From Nitrososphaera sp. (lineage in GTDB: Archaea > Thermoproteota > Nitrososphaeria > Nitrososphaerales > Nitrososphaeraceae): DNA of 64,000 bases. The DNA lies in assembly GCA_035562555.1 (NCBI GenBank), contig DATMWK010000068.1, positions 17,319 to 81,318 on the forward strand, given 5' to 3'. Both the position numbers and the translations under genes were made by a program. Shown one piece after another: positions 19,148 to 29,710 of the stretch (position 1 is the first letter of the stretch; the number at the start of each line of letters is the position of its first letter). Below the pieces are notes generated by a model that saw nothing but the letters and a program-made list of their open reading frames with translations, had not been told where the DNA came from and searched no databases.

Positions 19148-20773
19148 TTAAATTATATTGACTCTGACTGCTTTCAGGTAGGAAACGTCGTCGTTGCCAG
19201 CTCCAAGCATTATCATATATTGACCCTGCTCTAAATCGTCCGCTGGAGTAAAGGTATATGAAACGTCTTTTGAATCTCCAGACGACAAAGACAGAGATTG
19301 TTCGCTAAAAATGCCAGTCGAGTTACCGAGAGCTCCATTTGGCGTGAATGTCCCAGCGGCTATCATTTCACCGTTGAAATCGCTAGATGCTGCTACTGCT
19401 ACCTTAATCTCAGTGCTTTCACCCCTTGCAACTGTAACTTCACCTGGCGTCAATACTGAAACTGGCACAGGCTTTGATGCATCTAGTTTAGCGATCTTGT
19501 TTTCTGTCCATTCACTGAACCATAGATGATTGTCAGGTCCTGCTGCAAACTGCAAGACATTTGCAATGCCACATGTCGCTGCTCCAGGGGGACAAAGTGT
19601 CCAGGCGCGGTTTTGAGAAGGCACCCAATATTCGATTAGTGCAAGCTCATTCGGATCAAAGCGGGCCATCTTATTGCCTGTATGTTCGTTAAACCACAAG
19701 GAGCCCTCCTCACCTTTATCTATCCAGTATGGCAGCGTATATGCGTTTGAAGGGGTACTTCCACCATAAATCTTCGATGATGCTAACGAAGTTACGAATC
19801 TTGTTATGTTGTCCGTGCTGGGATCGTATTTGAAGAATTTGCTTGTGCCGTGATCTGCCACCCAGACATTACCATTATTGTCAAGTGCCATTCCAACAGG
19901 CGAGCCAACATCAGGAGGAAGATCCACAGTCCTGACAACTCTGTCAGTTTCAATATCATACTGAAACAACTGCCCTTTCTTTTGTTGGAAAGCAAGGAGC
20001 GAGATCCACACGTCATTTCTCTCCTTGTCAACTGCCAGCCCGCCGGAGGTGACCAAATCCAAACTGATGCCAGCAAACCCCCCAAGTGGTAGCGGGATCT
20101 CTCTAAATCCTTCAGAGGTTCCGTTTCGCATCTCAGATACATTGCCAAAAAAAAGAGACTGAGAGTTTATTCCTATAAAGTACAAGTTACCAGTTGAGTC
20201 AAAATCCATCGTAGAAGGATATTTGGCTGGAACTTTGAACATATCAAAAGCTTGCTTTGACTGGTTAAAGCGCCATATTGTATCGTTCTGGTCAGTGAAC
20301 CAGATATTCTGACCGTTGCCATCCAGCTTTACTGTCCATGACATTGACCATGAAGGTACTGCTGAAAAAGGCAGTGAACGGGTGGGCCATGACGGTATCT
20401 CATATTCAGAGAAGGCACCTGTATTAATATCATAGCTGCCGAGAAGCCCACGTTTTGTTGATATATACCATACCTTTGCGCCATCCACGGCGATTCCGAC
20501 CGGCATTTCGCATTCTGTAGGCAGACTAACTTCAACAATGTAAGGATTGGAATTTGGCATTCTATTAGTTCCGCAGAACTGTTCTTTGAAACGCTGCTCC
20601 ATTGCTTGATCATTTTGCGTATTTCTTATTGAAGGACTAGTGCCAGTTTCAGGTACGCTGCGAGAATACATGGCAATATAGATAGCGGCAACGGCTACAA
20701 TGCCAATTACAGCATAAACAACAATCTTTTTTGACAAAGGGCTTGTGATTTTCTTGCGGGACGAATTTGGCAA
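19148..20773 (-). CDS. Membrane-anchored beta-propeller repeat protein (Vgb/streptogramin-lyase-like repeats, COG4257-like)
   Basis: 541 aa with an N-terminal TM anchor. Repeated blades such as PVGIAVDGAKVWYIS, IWFTD, VWVADHGTSKFFKYD, LWFNEHTGNKMARFD and LWFSEWTENKIAKLD. The C-terminal domain is beta-rich. Confidence 0.65.
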   Translation of the reverse strand: MPNSSRKKITSPLSKKIVVYAVIGIVAVAAIYIAMYSRSVPETGTSPSIRNTQNDQAMEQRFKEQFCGTNRMPNSNPYIVEVSLPTECEMPVGIAVDGAKVWYISTKRGLLGSYDINTGAFSEYEIPSWPTRSLPFSAVPSWSMSWTVKLDGNGQNIWFTDQNDTIWRFNQSKQAFDMFKVPAKYPSTMDFDSTGNLYFIGINSQSLFFGNVSEMRNGTSEGFREIPLPLGGFAGISLDLVTSGGLAVDKERNDVWISLLAFQQKKGQLFQYDIETDRVVRTVDLPPDVGSPVGMALDNNGNVWVADHGTSKFFKYDPSTDNITRFVTSLASSKIYGGSTPSNAYTLPYWIDKGEEGSLWFNEHTGNKMARFDPNELALIEYWVPSQNRAWTLCPPGAATCGIANVLQFAAGPDNHLWFSEWTENKIAKLDASKPVPVSVLTPGEVTVARGESTEIKVAVAASSDFNGEMIAAGTFTPNGALGNSTGIFSEQSLSLSSGDSKDVSYTFTPADDLEQGQYMIMLGAGNDDVSYLKAVRVNII

Positions 20774-20863
20774 TGGCTAGGAAGACACCAGAGCTTTACC
20801 ATCTTATATCTCTTGTCGGAAGCTATATGCAGAAATACCGAGAAGGATTATTAGCTGAGTTGA

Positions 20864-21769
20864 GTGGTTACAGAAAAAGGACAAGAGAGCCATAGGCAGC
20901 GACTTCTCGTAGGCTACATGTCCGTGTTGCTTGCTGCAGTTCTTTTTGGCTCCGTATTCAGCCTAGCAAAGGTTCCTCTTGCTACGATAGACCCGCTTGC
21001 GCTAACAGCAGTAGTCTATACTATCTCGGGCTTAGCCCTGATTCCATTTGCAAAGGCCTCATTCACATTTGAAAGAAAGGACGACTATTTCTATTTATTA
21101 ATCGTAACAATTTTTGGAGGAGTATTGGCACCCGTGCTTTTGATGTATGGCCTTCAGCAGACGGCCGCATCCACCGCAGCCATATTGACAAATGGCGAAA
21201 TTGTATTCACTATAGCACTTTCTTCCATATTTTTTGGAGAAAAACCCCGTGGAAGAGTCGGGTTGTTTGCAGTGATTTTAGTAGTGATAGGTCTAATCAT
21301 AGCGACCACAGAGGATCTAAAGGCTTTAGAGACTATCGTCCAATTGAACGCAGGTAACATCATGATACTGGCATCTATGTTCATGTGGGCAATAGACAAT
21401 AACGTCAGTAGGCGTCTCACATCAAGGGCCAGCCCTGCCAAGATAGCTATGATCAAATCACTCTCCGGCGGTCTCGTTCTTCTCGCAATAGCATTAGCAC
21501 TTGGCAAGGGAAGCATCATAACCGGAATCAAATTCGACATGTGGATCCTAATAGTTGGAATGTCAATTGCAGGGTTTGGCGGTGCGCTTCTACTATTCCT
21601 CACAGGCATCAAGAGAATTGGAACGGTAAAGACTATGTCAATGTTTTCTTTGACTCCTATTTTCGGTATTGTACTCGCAGCGCTGACACTTGGAGAATCT
21701 ATAAGTCTATTTCAGGGCATTGCTACAGGCCTGATTATTGTAGGCATAATTCTCATATGCCGATACTAG
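20864..21769 (+). CDS. EamA/DMT-family transporter
   Basis: 301 aa. Ten predicted TM helices in two EamA-like halves. GTG start. Confidence 0.8.
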   Translation: MVTEKGQESHRQRLLVGYMSVLLAAVLFGSVFSLAKVPLATIDPLALTAVVYTISGLALIPFAKASFTFERKDDYFYLLIVTIFGGVLAPVLLMYGLQQTAASTAAILTNGEIVFTIALSSIFFGEKPRGRVGLFAVILVVIGLIIATTEDLKALETIVQLNAGNIMILASMFMWAIDNNVSRRLTSRASPAKIAMIKSLSGGLVLLAIALALGKGSIITGIKFDMWILIVGMSIAGFGGALLLFLTGIKRIGTVKTMSMFSLTPIFGIVLAALTLGESISLFQGIATGLIIVGIILICRY

Positions 21770-22119
21770 AGAAGCTTGAGCTCAAATGTTACTTCGTCGA
21801 CAAGATCTGAAGGAGCTGGGCCGATTCCGATACAAGTAATCGTACCAGATGGTATCTGTGTCAAACCACTGTCCTGAACTTGCACTACAGGCAGGTTCAT
21901 CTCTTCGGCTCGCATCCTTACATCCATCAATTCTTCGATATTCTTTACCTTCACCACTACTTTTGCCTGGCCAGCACCGAACCAAGAGTTGAACCATTCT
22001 CTTCTGGATGCCTTTACTCTTTCTGCGCCCATGACAGCAGCATGGGCAACCTGTGCTGCTATCTTACCTGTGCCCATGTTGAGGTCGCGCCTGACAATAA
22101 TTACCTGCTTAAAGTCCAT
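21766..22119 (-). CDS. pth2: Peptidyl-tRNA hydrolase, archaeal type (Pth2)
   Basis: 117 aa. KQVIIVRRDLNMGTGKIAAQVAHAA and D.G.TQIP.GT.T..GIGP are Pth2 signatures. Confidence 0.88.
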   Translation of the reverse strand: MDFKQVIIVRRDLNMGTGKIAAQVAHAAVMGAERVKASRREWFNSWFGAGQAKVVVKVKNIEELMDVRMRAEEMNLPVVQVQDSGLTQIPSGTITCIGIGPAPSDLVDEVTFELKLL

Positions 22120-22181
22120 ATCTTATGCTTGCCCATGATTTAATTAACAGACTGAAAAATAGATTACTAGTCATTTACTAG

Positions 22182-23357
22182 ATGCCCCACTATGACGTCG
22201 TGATCGCAGGAGGAAGCATATCTGGCCTCCTTGCTGCGCGTGAAATTGCTTCTGGAGGCCTTTCTGTTGCTGTAGTTGAGGAAGATGCAGAAATTGGCAC
22301 GCCGGAGCACTGTGGGGGGCTCGTAAGCGCTTCAGGTATACGGAATCTAGGCATCGTGCCAGATATAGATACAATAGAGAACAACAGAATAACGCAGGCT
22401 AAGATCTTTTCTCCTTCAAGCTGTTTTGAAATCAGCGCAGAAAGACAAAATGTCGTAGTTCTAGACAGGCGAGCATTTGATAAACAGATCGCCTTTCAGG
22501 CGCAAAAGAAAGGCGCCGAGATAAGAGTAAAATGTTCAATGCGATCGTTTGCAAAAGAGGGATATGGATATGTTGTCAAGACCTCTGAAGGAGATCTTTC
22601 ATGCAACTTTTTTGTAGACGCAAGAGGTATAGCATCAATAATTAAAAGGAATAGGAGTGGAGTTCTCCAGTCTGCTCAGTATGAAGTTTATGCTTCATGG
22701 ATAGACCCCCACACCATTGAGGTCGCATTTGATAGACAGCAATATCCAGGTTTTTTTGCGTGGGTAATCCCTACTGGTCGAGGAAGAGGCAAAGTGGGAG
22801 TCGCCGGCAGGCAGATAAATGCTGCAAGCGCGCTGCAGAGTTATATCGATCGCAAAGGAAAGTACTCTGTAGTGCGCAAAGTTTACGCACCGATATGGAT
22901 TAATGGGCCATTGAAAAGTTTTGTACTGGACAGGATGATAATAGTGGGCGACGCAGCTGGCCAGAGCAAGCCTACAACTGCTGGAGGTATTTACACCTGC
23001 GGAATGGGAGGTGTGCTGGCAGGAAGGGCTCTGGTAGAAGCAGCAGACAAAAGCAAAAGTGATGAGCAGAGGCAACGGCTATTGCTAAAGCAATATGAAA
23101 CTAATTGGTTGTCTATGTTCCAGCCCGAATTTGACAAGATGTTGCTTGCGCGCCGCCTGTTGGAGCGAATGGACAATAAGGCTATAGACGATTTGATTAC
23201 AGCAATACCCGGGGGAATTGTTCAAGAGACGTCTATAGATGGCGACTTTGACTTTCACTCCGCTGCACTTGCTAAGATCTTGGGAGCAAAAGGGGCCGCC
23301 AGAATGGCTAAGGCTCTGCTTGGCAACGAAATAAGGCGCTTAATCCCAGAGAGCTAA
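22182..23357 (+). CDS. Geranylgeranyl reductase family FAD-dependent oxidoreductase
   Basis: 391 aa. N-terminal YDVVIAGGSISGL..A, then GTPEHCGGLVS and VGDAAGQSKPTTAGGI, typical of archaeal GGR. Confidence 0.85.
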   Translation: MPHYDVVIAGGSISGLLAAREIASGGLSVAVVEEDAEIGTPEHCGGLVSASGIRNLGIVPDIDTIENNRITQAKIFSPSSCFEISAERQNVVVLDRRAFDKQIAFQAQKKGAEIRVKCSMRSFAKEGYGYVVKTSEGDLSCNFFVDARGIASIIKRNRSGVLQSAQYEVYASWIDPHTIEVAFDRQQYPGFFAWVIPTGRGRGKVGVAGRQINAASALQSYIDRKGKYSVVRKVYAPIWINGPLKSFVLDRMIIVGDAAGQSKPTTAGGIYTCGMGGVLAGRALVEAADKSKSDEQRQRLLLKQYETNWLSMFQPEFDKMLLARRLLERMDNKAIDDLITAIPGGIVQETSIDGDFDFHSAALAKILGAKGAARMAKALLGNEIRRLIPES

Positions 23358-23396
23358 GGAAGATATAAATTCCCTTATTCGTAAGTAGCAGCATTT

Positions 23397-23576
23397 ATGT
23401 CCAAGCCATTGCAATTGCCAGTCTGCAGTTCATGTGGCAGGCCGATTATGCCTAATGACGAGTGCGTCAAGTATTACTGTGCAAATTGTGGATATGTTCT
23501 AATGTGGCGATGCGAGAGCTGCCGCGTGTTCGCAAGACCCTATAAATGCATAGGCTGCGGTTTTGAGGGTCCATAG
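23397..23576 (+). CDS. Zinc-ribbon protein with four CxxC pairs (COG2888-like), upstream partner of EF-1beta
   Basis: 59-aa ORF below the track cut-off, translated by hand: MSKPLQLPVCSSCGRPIMPNDECVKYYCANCGYVLMWRCESCRVFARPYKCIGCGFEGP. Its stop lies 2 nt before the EF-1beta ATG. Confidence 0.7.
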   Translation: MSKPLQLPVCSSCGRPIMPNDECVKYYCANCGYVLMWRCESCRVFARPYKCIGCGFEGP

Positions 23577-23578
23577 CC

Positions 23579-23860
23579 ATGGCACGACTGGTAGCTAGGA
23601 TAAGAATACTTCCAGCTGAGGCAGAGTCGAACCTTGAAAATGTTGTCGAATCGATAAAGAAATCTGTGCCACAAGGAATGGAAATGAAAAGTAGCTCAAT
23701 GGAGCCAATTGCCTTTGGGCTGAAAGCAATTATTGGCGACTTTTTGTTAGATGACGCCGAGGGACAAATGGACAAGCTCGAAGAATCTATAAAAAGTGTC
23801 GAAGGTGTAGGAGAGATAGAGGTAACCAATATCAGCAGACAGTCAGTAAGAATGAAGTAA
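23579..23860 (+). CDS. ef1b: Translation elongation factor aEF-1 beta
   Basis: 93 aa. M..V.ARIRILP......LE.....IK and EPIAFGLKAI are typical of archaeal EF-1beta. Confidence 0.88.
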   Translation: MARLVARIRILPAEAESNLENVVESIKKSVPQGMEMKSSSMEPIAFGLKAIIGDFLLDDAEGQMDKLEESIKSVEGVGEIEVTNISRQSVRMK

Positions 23861-23895
23861 TGTAATATTCTAAAAATAACGGAGGCTCCTGAGGA

Positions 23896-26091
23896 TTGAA
23901 AAAGGTGCGCGCTGGAAGTGACGAATCGTCCCCCATCCAGCTTAGAGTAGCAGAAGCCAAGCATCGCGATGTAGGCAAGAGGCGAGCGAGGGTGGATGCA
24001 CGCCATATGGAACATCTCGGTATACAGGCCGGAGAAGTAGTTGAGATCTTGGGGAAGCGCACGACAGCAGTTACTGCATGGCCAGCCGATGAGGAGGAAA
24101 AGGATACAGATATTATTAGGATAGATGGCCAGACAAGGAAGAATGCAGGTGCGGGGCTCAACGACCTTTTAAACGTGAAAAAGATAGATTGCAGGCAAGC
24201 AAAGAGCGTCACGTTGATGCCACTAGGCAATAGCAATATCACAGTAGACAAGGAATTTTGTGATTTTGTCAAGCATAGGCTCAAAGGCTATCCCATCAAC
24301 GAAGGTGACGAAATTTCAGTAGTCATTTTAGGCAACCAGATGGACTTCAACGTTCAAAGAGTAATACCAAAGGTCATTTCTAGGATTGAGCAGTCAACAA
24401 GACTCACTATATTGGCAGAGATCACAAGCGACAGAAAGCCGCGTGTTACATATGAAGAGATAGGTGGAATGAAAGAACAAATAAAAAGACTCCGAGAAAT
24501 AGTCGAGCTTCCTATGCGCCATCCGGAAGTCTTTGCAAGGCTCGGAATAGAACCTCATAGCGGCATCTTGATGTACGGATCTCCAGGTTGTGGCAAGACA
24601 CTTATAGCAAAGGCACTGGCCTCAGAGTCTGAAGCGAACTTTTTCATAATCAATGGCCCAGAAATTATGAACAAGTATTATGGCGAAACTGAGGCGAGAT
24701 TACGAGACATTTTCAAGGAAGCTCGTGAATCTGCCCCTAGCATAATATTCATCGACGAAATTGATGCTATTGCTCCAAAAAGAGAAGAGGCATTTGGTGA
24801 CGTTGAAAAACGCGTAGTAGCTCAGCTGCTAGCTCTGATGGACGGCATGTCCGACCGTGGCCAAGTTATTGTACTAGGAGCCACCAATAGGTCTGAAAGC
24901 TTGGATCCCGCACTAAGGAGACCAGGTAGGTTTGACAGGGAAATCGAAATAGGCGTACCAAACGTAGAGGGCAGGCTTGAGATACTGCAAATACACACAC
25001 GTGGTATGCCACTCTCAGAAGACATTAACCTGCAAGAACTTGCGGCTAGACTTCATGGATATACAGGTGCAGACATTAAGGCATTATGCAGAGAAGCTGC
25101 AATGAAAGCGCTAAGGCGTTGCCTGCCTGAGATTGAACTAGAGGGTGAGAGGATTTCTGGTGAAATCCTTGAGAGTATGATGATCACGCATCGCGACTTT
25201 AAGGAGGGAATGAAAGAAATCATTCCCACTGCAATGAGGGAATTTTACGTAGAAGTAGCAGGTGTCAAATGGGAAGACGTTGGCGGTTTGTATGAAGCAA
25301 AGAGGACTCTGCATGACAGCCTCATAACCGGAATCAAAGAGCCCGACAAGTTTGTCAAGATGGGCATTAGACCGTCAAGAGGAGCATTGCTCTATGGTCC
25401 ACCCGGGACAGGAAAGAGTCTCCTTGCTAAGGCATTAGCCACGGAGAGCAATGCAAACATTATCGTCGTGCGGGGACCTGAAGTGCTCAGCAAGTGGGTC
25501 GGCGAGTCCGAGAAGGCTATACGGGAAATCTTCAGAAAGGCAAAGGCTTCATCACCTTGTATAGTTGTGTTTGATGAGCTAGATTCTCTTGCGAGGCCAA
25601 GGGCGCATGAAGATGACATATTAGGCAACGAGCGGGTCCTAAGTCAGATACTGACTGAAATGGATGATGCAGGGAGTGGGGGAGTTATAGTAGTCGGCAT
25701 TACAAACAGACCGGATCTGATTGACACTTCATTGTTGCGGCCAGGCAGACTGGACCAGATAGTCTACGTTGGACCCCCTGATGAGAGGGCAAGGCTTGAG
25801 ATACTGAAGGTAACTTCACGGGCCATGCCACTTGCAGCAGACATAGACTTGGATGCGATAACTCAGTCCACAAAGAACTTTAGCGGGGCAGATTTAGTTG
25901 CTCTTTGTAGGGAAGCTGGTGTCCTGGCTCTCCACAACAGGTCTGACGTTATATCAAGTGCAAACTTTGCTGATGCATTAAGACTTGTACGTCCATCAAT
26001 AACAAAGGATGTAGAGGACTGGTATGAATCGATGAAGAAAAACATAACCTATGCTATGCCTAAGCCAATTGATAGGACATTTTATGGTTAA
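23896..26091 (+). CDS. cdc48: CDC48/VCP-type AAA+ ATPase (two AAA domains)
   Basis: 731 aa. An N-terminal CDC48_N-like domain, two Walker A motifs (GSPGCGKT and GPPGTGKS), two DE Walker B motifs and SRH regions. TTG start. Confidence 0.93.
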   Translation: MKKVRAGSDESSPIQLRVAEAKHRDVGKRRARVDARHMEHLGIQAGEVVEILGKRTTAVTAWPADEEEKDTDIIRIDGQTRKNAGAGLNDLLNVKKIDCRQAKSVTLMPLGNSNITVDKEFCDFVKHRLKGYPINEGDEISVVILGNQMDFNVQRVIPKVISRIEQSTRLTILAEITSDRKPRVTYEEIGGMKEQIKRLREIVELPMRHPEVFARLGIEPHSGILMYGSPGCGKTLIAKALASESEANFFIINGPEIMNKYYGETEARLRDIFKEARESAPSIIFIDEIDAIAPKREEAFGDVEKRVVAQLLALMDGMSDRGQVIVLGATNRSESLDPALRRPGRFDREIEIGVPNVEGRLEILQIHTRGMPLSEDINLQELAARLHGYTGADIKALCREAAMKALRRCLPEIELEGERISGEILESMMITHRDFKEGMKEIIPTAMREFYVEVAGVKWEDVGGLYEAKRTLHDSLITGIKEPDKFVKMGIRPSRGALLYGPPGTGKSLLAKALATESNANIIVVRGPEVLSKWVGESEKAIREIFRKAKASSPCIVVFDELDSLARPRAHEDDILGNERVLSQILTEMDDAGSGGVIVVGITNRPDLIDTSLLRPGRLDQIVYVGPPDERARLEILKVTSRAMPLAADIDLDAITQSTKNFSGADLVALCREAGVLALHNRSDVISSANFADALRLVRPSITKDVEDWYESMKKNITYAMPKPIDRTFYG

Positions 26092-26704
26092 TAACTATAG
26101 AGATGCGTATATATCCTATAATAGGCTCATCTGAGCTGCTTAATTACCTACCCTATCAGGGAATTTGTCCACGGGTCGCGCTCGAACGATAACAATGATT
26201 GTAGGGTTTTGTTAGCGTCGATATAGCCTGCCAAAAAAGTTGTCAAAGATAAGTAAGACGAAGAGCAATTGATCAATGGGGCTTTTTTGTCTCAAAAAGT
26301 GTTCTATCTTTATGAAAAATTTTCGAGCGAATCAGCCAAGATATTCAGCAATAATCTGTTTAGAAGATCCATGACAGGAAAAATAAAATTAAGAAAAAGG
26401 TTCGCAATCATAATTTATTTTTAAGAAAGAAAATTCAAAGACAAGAGACTTTACATCTGCTTGGCCAGTACGGTAAAATCATTTGCTAATCTTTGGTGAA
26501 AGACTATTGATTAGGTGAGGCAGATCCTATGAGCGACTGCTGCGCTTGTATAATATTAGTTAAGTGCCGTGACGACTCAGTATTGGTAGTCTATCCCGTA
26601 TTTCGCTTGTCGATATGCACTGGGACAGGGGAAATCCTTATCTATCCTAATGTATCTATTTTGATTTCACCTATTGTTAGGTCCTTCAGGGATAAAAGAT
26701 AATA

Positions 26705-26932
26705 ATGAAATATCCAATCCGAAACCTTGTATATGAGAAGATCCGCCAAGCAGGCACAATGACAGATACTGATCTTATGAACGCGCTCCAAAAGGAGGGT
26801 CTCACACTTGCAGATTCTGACTTTAATAAGACTCTTATGGACCTTGAAATATACGGCCTTGTAAGAGTTTCGTGGGTAGCTAAGGACAAGCGCAGAATCG
26901 AGCTGACAGCAGATTCCGAGGCTGCATCTTAA
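26705..26932 (+). CDS. Small hypothetical protein, possible winged-helix fold
   Basis: 75 aa. LVYEKIRQAGTMTDTDLMNALQKEG...LEIYGLVRV resembles a wHTH. No family recognised. Confidence 0.4.
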   Translation: MKYPIRNLVYEKIRQAGTMTDTDLMNALQKEGLTLADSDFNKTLMDLEIYGLVRVSWVAKDKRRIELTADSEAAS

Positions 26933-27855
26933 CCTATAATACGAAAAAGATGAATAGATAGTGGTGGCATTAGCGGATAGTAAAATAACGCATCAAGTGC
27001 TAGCGCGATAAAAATCACGATAAGATACGGTGCAGTGACTTTGTATGCCTTCCATGCAAATTCTGGCGTCGGGTTCTTAGTTAGCTTGTAGTGATAGGCT
27101 AACATTAACGAGCCTGAAACTGCTGCGACTGAGGCATATAGCAAGCCAAGTCCAAAAAATGCCAAGGCTAATGAATATGGCAAAAGGATTGCTGTGTTGA
27201 GCAGGATATAGCTTGCTGTCCTCTGATTTCCAATAAGGACAGGTAGCATGGGAACATTTACGCTTGCATACTCTTCTCTTGCCTTTATTGCAAGGCACCA
27301 AAAGTGGGGAGGTGTCCACATGAAAACTAGCCATCCTACCAAAAAGCCCAACAGATCGATGGATCCAGTCGCAGTGGCCCAGCCCGCCATGGATGCAGCA
27401 CTTCCCGCAAAACCTCCGATGACAATATTTGATGCGTTACTACGTTTGAGCCAAGCTGTGTATATTATGACGTAAAAGAAGATCCCAATAGCAATCATTG
27501 CAGTGGCAACTGGATTAAGGGTAAAAAACGCAATGACAATCGAAAGGGTGCATAAGGTAAACCCATATGCAAATACACTATTTGCAGAAACTCTACCTGC
27601 AGGTATGGGTCGGTTTGCAGTACGCGGCATCATCCTGTCAATATCTCTATCGTAATAGTGATTGAGAGCACTCGCTCCCATTGAGGCTAGAGCCCCTGTA
27701 ATAGTCAGAAAGCCTATCTGCCAAGCACTGACATCCCAAGCAATAGCTGGTGTAGAATCAAACCTGCTAGCTGCCAAAAGTGAAGCAATAGCTGTTATTA
27801 CGAGCACAACCACGATTCTTGGTTTTGAAACTTCTATGTAGTCAAGTACGGTCAC
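26929..27855 (-). CDS. ctaB: Protoheme IX farnesyltransferase (heme O synthase)
   Basis: 308 aa UbiA-family polytopic protein. Motifs NHYYDRDIDRMM.RT..RP and WTPPHFW. Confidence 0.9.
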   Translation of the reverse strand: MTVLDYIEVSKPRIVVVLVITAIASLLAASRFDSTPAIAWDVSAWQIGFLTITGALASMGASALNHYYDRDIDRMMPRTANRPIPAGRVSANSVFAYGFTLCTLSIVIAFFTLNPVATAMIAIGIFFYVIIYTAWLKRSNASNIVIGGFAGSAASMAGWATATGSIDLLGFLVGWLVFMWTPPHFWCLAIKAREEYASVNVPMLPVLIGNQRTASYILLNTAILLPYSLALAFFGLGLLYASVAAVSGSLMLAYHYKLTKNPTPEFAWKAYKVTAPYLIVIFIALALDALFYYPLMPPLSIHLFRIIG

Positions 27856-27916
27856 AGGCTTAACTCGATCGGAACTCTCCCCTTGCTCGCATTTAATTTA
27901 TTCGTTCTCTCGACAG

Positions 27917-28216
27917 TCAATATATGAAATGCTTCAAATTAGCCACCTGTAGATTGAAGAACCTCATAATTTTTCGCTTTAATAATGCATGTTCACCATC
28001 CGATAAGCCGCATAAGCATTTCGTATTCTTCCTGTCTATGGCGTGAGATTCAGCAAGCACATAGATCTTGGTTATCTTGTTGCGTGCCTGCTGAAAGTTA
28101 TAATAGTGACTAATCTGCTGGGTATTCTCAAGCATATCGAGCAAAGTCACCGTGTTAAGCCATGCGTCCCAGATTGTATCGCTCTCACTTATGTCGAAAA
28201 GGTCTGCTAAGGTCAC
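27917..28216 (-). CDS. Hypothetical protein
   Basis: 99-aa ORF with no recognisable motif. It sits between ctaB and the cupredoxin gene. Confidence 0.3.
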   Translation of the reverse strand: MTLADLFDISESDTIWDAWLNTVTLLDMLENTQQISHYYNFQQARNKITKIYVLAESHAIDRKNTKCLCGLSDGEHALLKRKIMRFFNLQVANLKHFIY

Positions 28217-28432
28217 AGTCGTTGGGTATACCGTATATACTCTTAAGACCTGATATCAATAAGTCTAGATTTGCTGTTCGTTTTAATGCACAAGACCTAG
28301 CTGTTCAACCACAGTTTAGTCACCATTTGTCTTACGAACAAAAGAGGCATCCCACCAAATATTTCAACTGATGTCTAGGCATCCGAGGAAACGATTAAGT
28401 ATGCCAAACAAATTCAATAAGCGTACAACAAC

Positions 28433-29710
28433 ATGACTGACTGGGACCTTCTGACACCCGGTATTGGTCTTACTTCCATAGGAATAGTCGGTGTCGGAAT
28501 TTCTCTTTCAGGCATTGCCAAGACCTTCATCGATGGAATGCATGCCGTTACTCTTTTGACAATGTTTATTGGCATGATCTTCCTTGCCTCGGGGTTGTTC
28601 AAGGATGGCTTTCCTACCTCGGGTAGAGCCAAATCTGCTACATTTGTCACCCTGGGCTTCCTGGTTACTTTTGGTTTTGCTGCGGCAGTGACGGTGAGCA
28701 CGCAGGTTCCAAGCATTTTTGCATACATTGGACTCATGCTTATAATCTCGATTCCCGCTACGGTGCTTGCAGTTGCCTCCTACAGAGGCGTCCCGTACCT
28801 TAAGGCGATGGCCGTTATATTTATCGGTGCTGCTATTGTAGGCGGCTCAACATTCTATGCATTTGGATTAGTGACGCCTAAGCCGCCAGCTGAAGAAGAA
28901 GAAGCAGCACAGGAAGCACCTGCTGCAGAGGAACCGGCTACTTCACCACCTGCCAACACTGTGAACGCCACGATACTTCCTGGAGCCTCTGCACAGGGCA
29001 ACCCCGATTTTGACCCGGATCCCATTACGATAAAACAAGGGGATGGAGTTCAATGGACAAACAAAGACAATACGCCTCACACTGTAACCAGCAGGCAGGA
29101 AGGAGTATTTGATTCTGGCCTAATCAATGCTGGCGACACCTGGCTTCTAAATTCCGCCCAAGTGGCGCCAGCACAATATGAATATTATTGCACACTTCAT
29201 CCATTTATGGCCGCAACACTTGTAGTTTCAGCTGGCGAAGGCACCTCACCCCAGGGCTCGGAAAATGCCACGACGACCCAAGGCGCAGGGGGAAGCAATC
29301 AGTCTAGTACCTCTGCAAATAACACAGCAGGCAACAATACTACTACTGCAGCAGCAGGCAACAATACTACTACTGCAGTAGCAATTTCAAACTCTTCTGA
29401 GATGAGTGGGTCAGTAACTACTGTCTCAATAATAGCTGGAGCTTCGGTTCCAACCAATGGCAAATTTTATGAACCTAACAGTGTCGAGACTACAGTTGGC
29501 AGCATGGTAACATGGGTTAACGACGACACTGTGCCGCATACAGTGACGTCGGGGACAGTGGAAAACACCAGACCTAAACCTGATGGAAGCTTCGACTCTG
29601 GCATAATAAACCCTGGAAACAGCTTTCCATTTGTTTTCGATAAAGCTGGCGAGTATCCCTATTATTGCATGATTCATCCATGGATGACAGGCAAGGTTAC
29701 TTCAAATTGA
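28433..29710 (+). CDS. Polytopic membrane protein with two C-terminal plastocyanin-like cupredoxin domains
   Basis: 425 aa.
- About four N-terminal TM helices.
- An acidic/Ala-rich linker.
- Domain 1 with PHTVTS...YEYYCTLHPFM.
- An Asn/Thr/Ala-rich linker.
- Domain 2 with PHTVTS...YPYYCMIHPWM. Confidence 0.82.
   Translation: MTDWDLLTPGIGLTSIGIVGVGISLSGIAKTFIDGMHAVTLLTMFIGMIFLASGLFKDGFPTSGRAKSATFVTLGFLVTFGFAAAVTVSTQVPSIFAYIGLMLIISIPATVLAVASYRGVPYLKAMAVIFIGAAIVGGSTFYAFGLVTPKPPAEEEEAAQEAPAAEEPATSPPANTVNATILPGASAQGNPDFDPDPITIKQGDGVQWTNKDNTPHTVTSRQEGVFDSGLINAGDTWLLNSAQVAPAQYEYYCTLHPFMAATLVVSAGEGTSPQGSENATTTQGAGGSNQSSTSANNTAGNNTTTAAAGNNTTTAVAISNSSEMSGSVTTVSIIAGASVPTNGKFYEPNSVETTVGSMVTWVNDDTVPHTVTSGTVENTRPKPDGSFDSGIINPGNSFPFVFDKAGEYPYYCMIHPWMTGKVTSN
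29327..29380. repeat. 27-nt tandem duplication in the inter-domain linker of the double cupredoxin
   Basis: GCAGGCAACAATACTACTACTGCAGCA followed by GCAGGCAACAATACTACTACTGCAGTA (one mismatch). Encodes AGNNTTTAA/AGNNTTTAV. Confidence 0.95.

Noticed and set aside
23397-23576. Possible frameshift splitting the four-CxxC zinc-ribbon ORF upstream of ef1b
   Set aside because: One pass of my reading seemed to lose a G at 23520/23521. Re-anchoring on the track coordinates of ef1b (23579) and cdc48 (23896) shows the sequence reads ...GAG AGC TGC CGC GTG..., so the 59-codon frame is intact.
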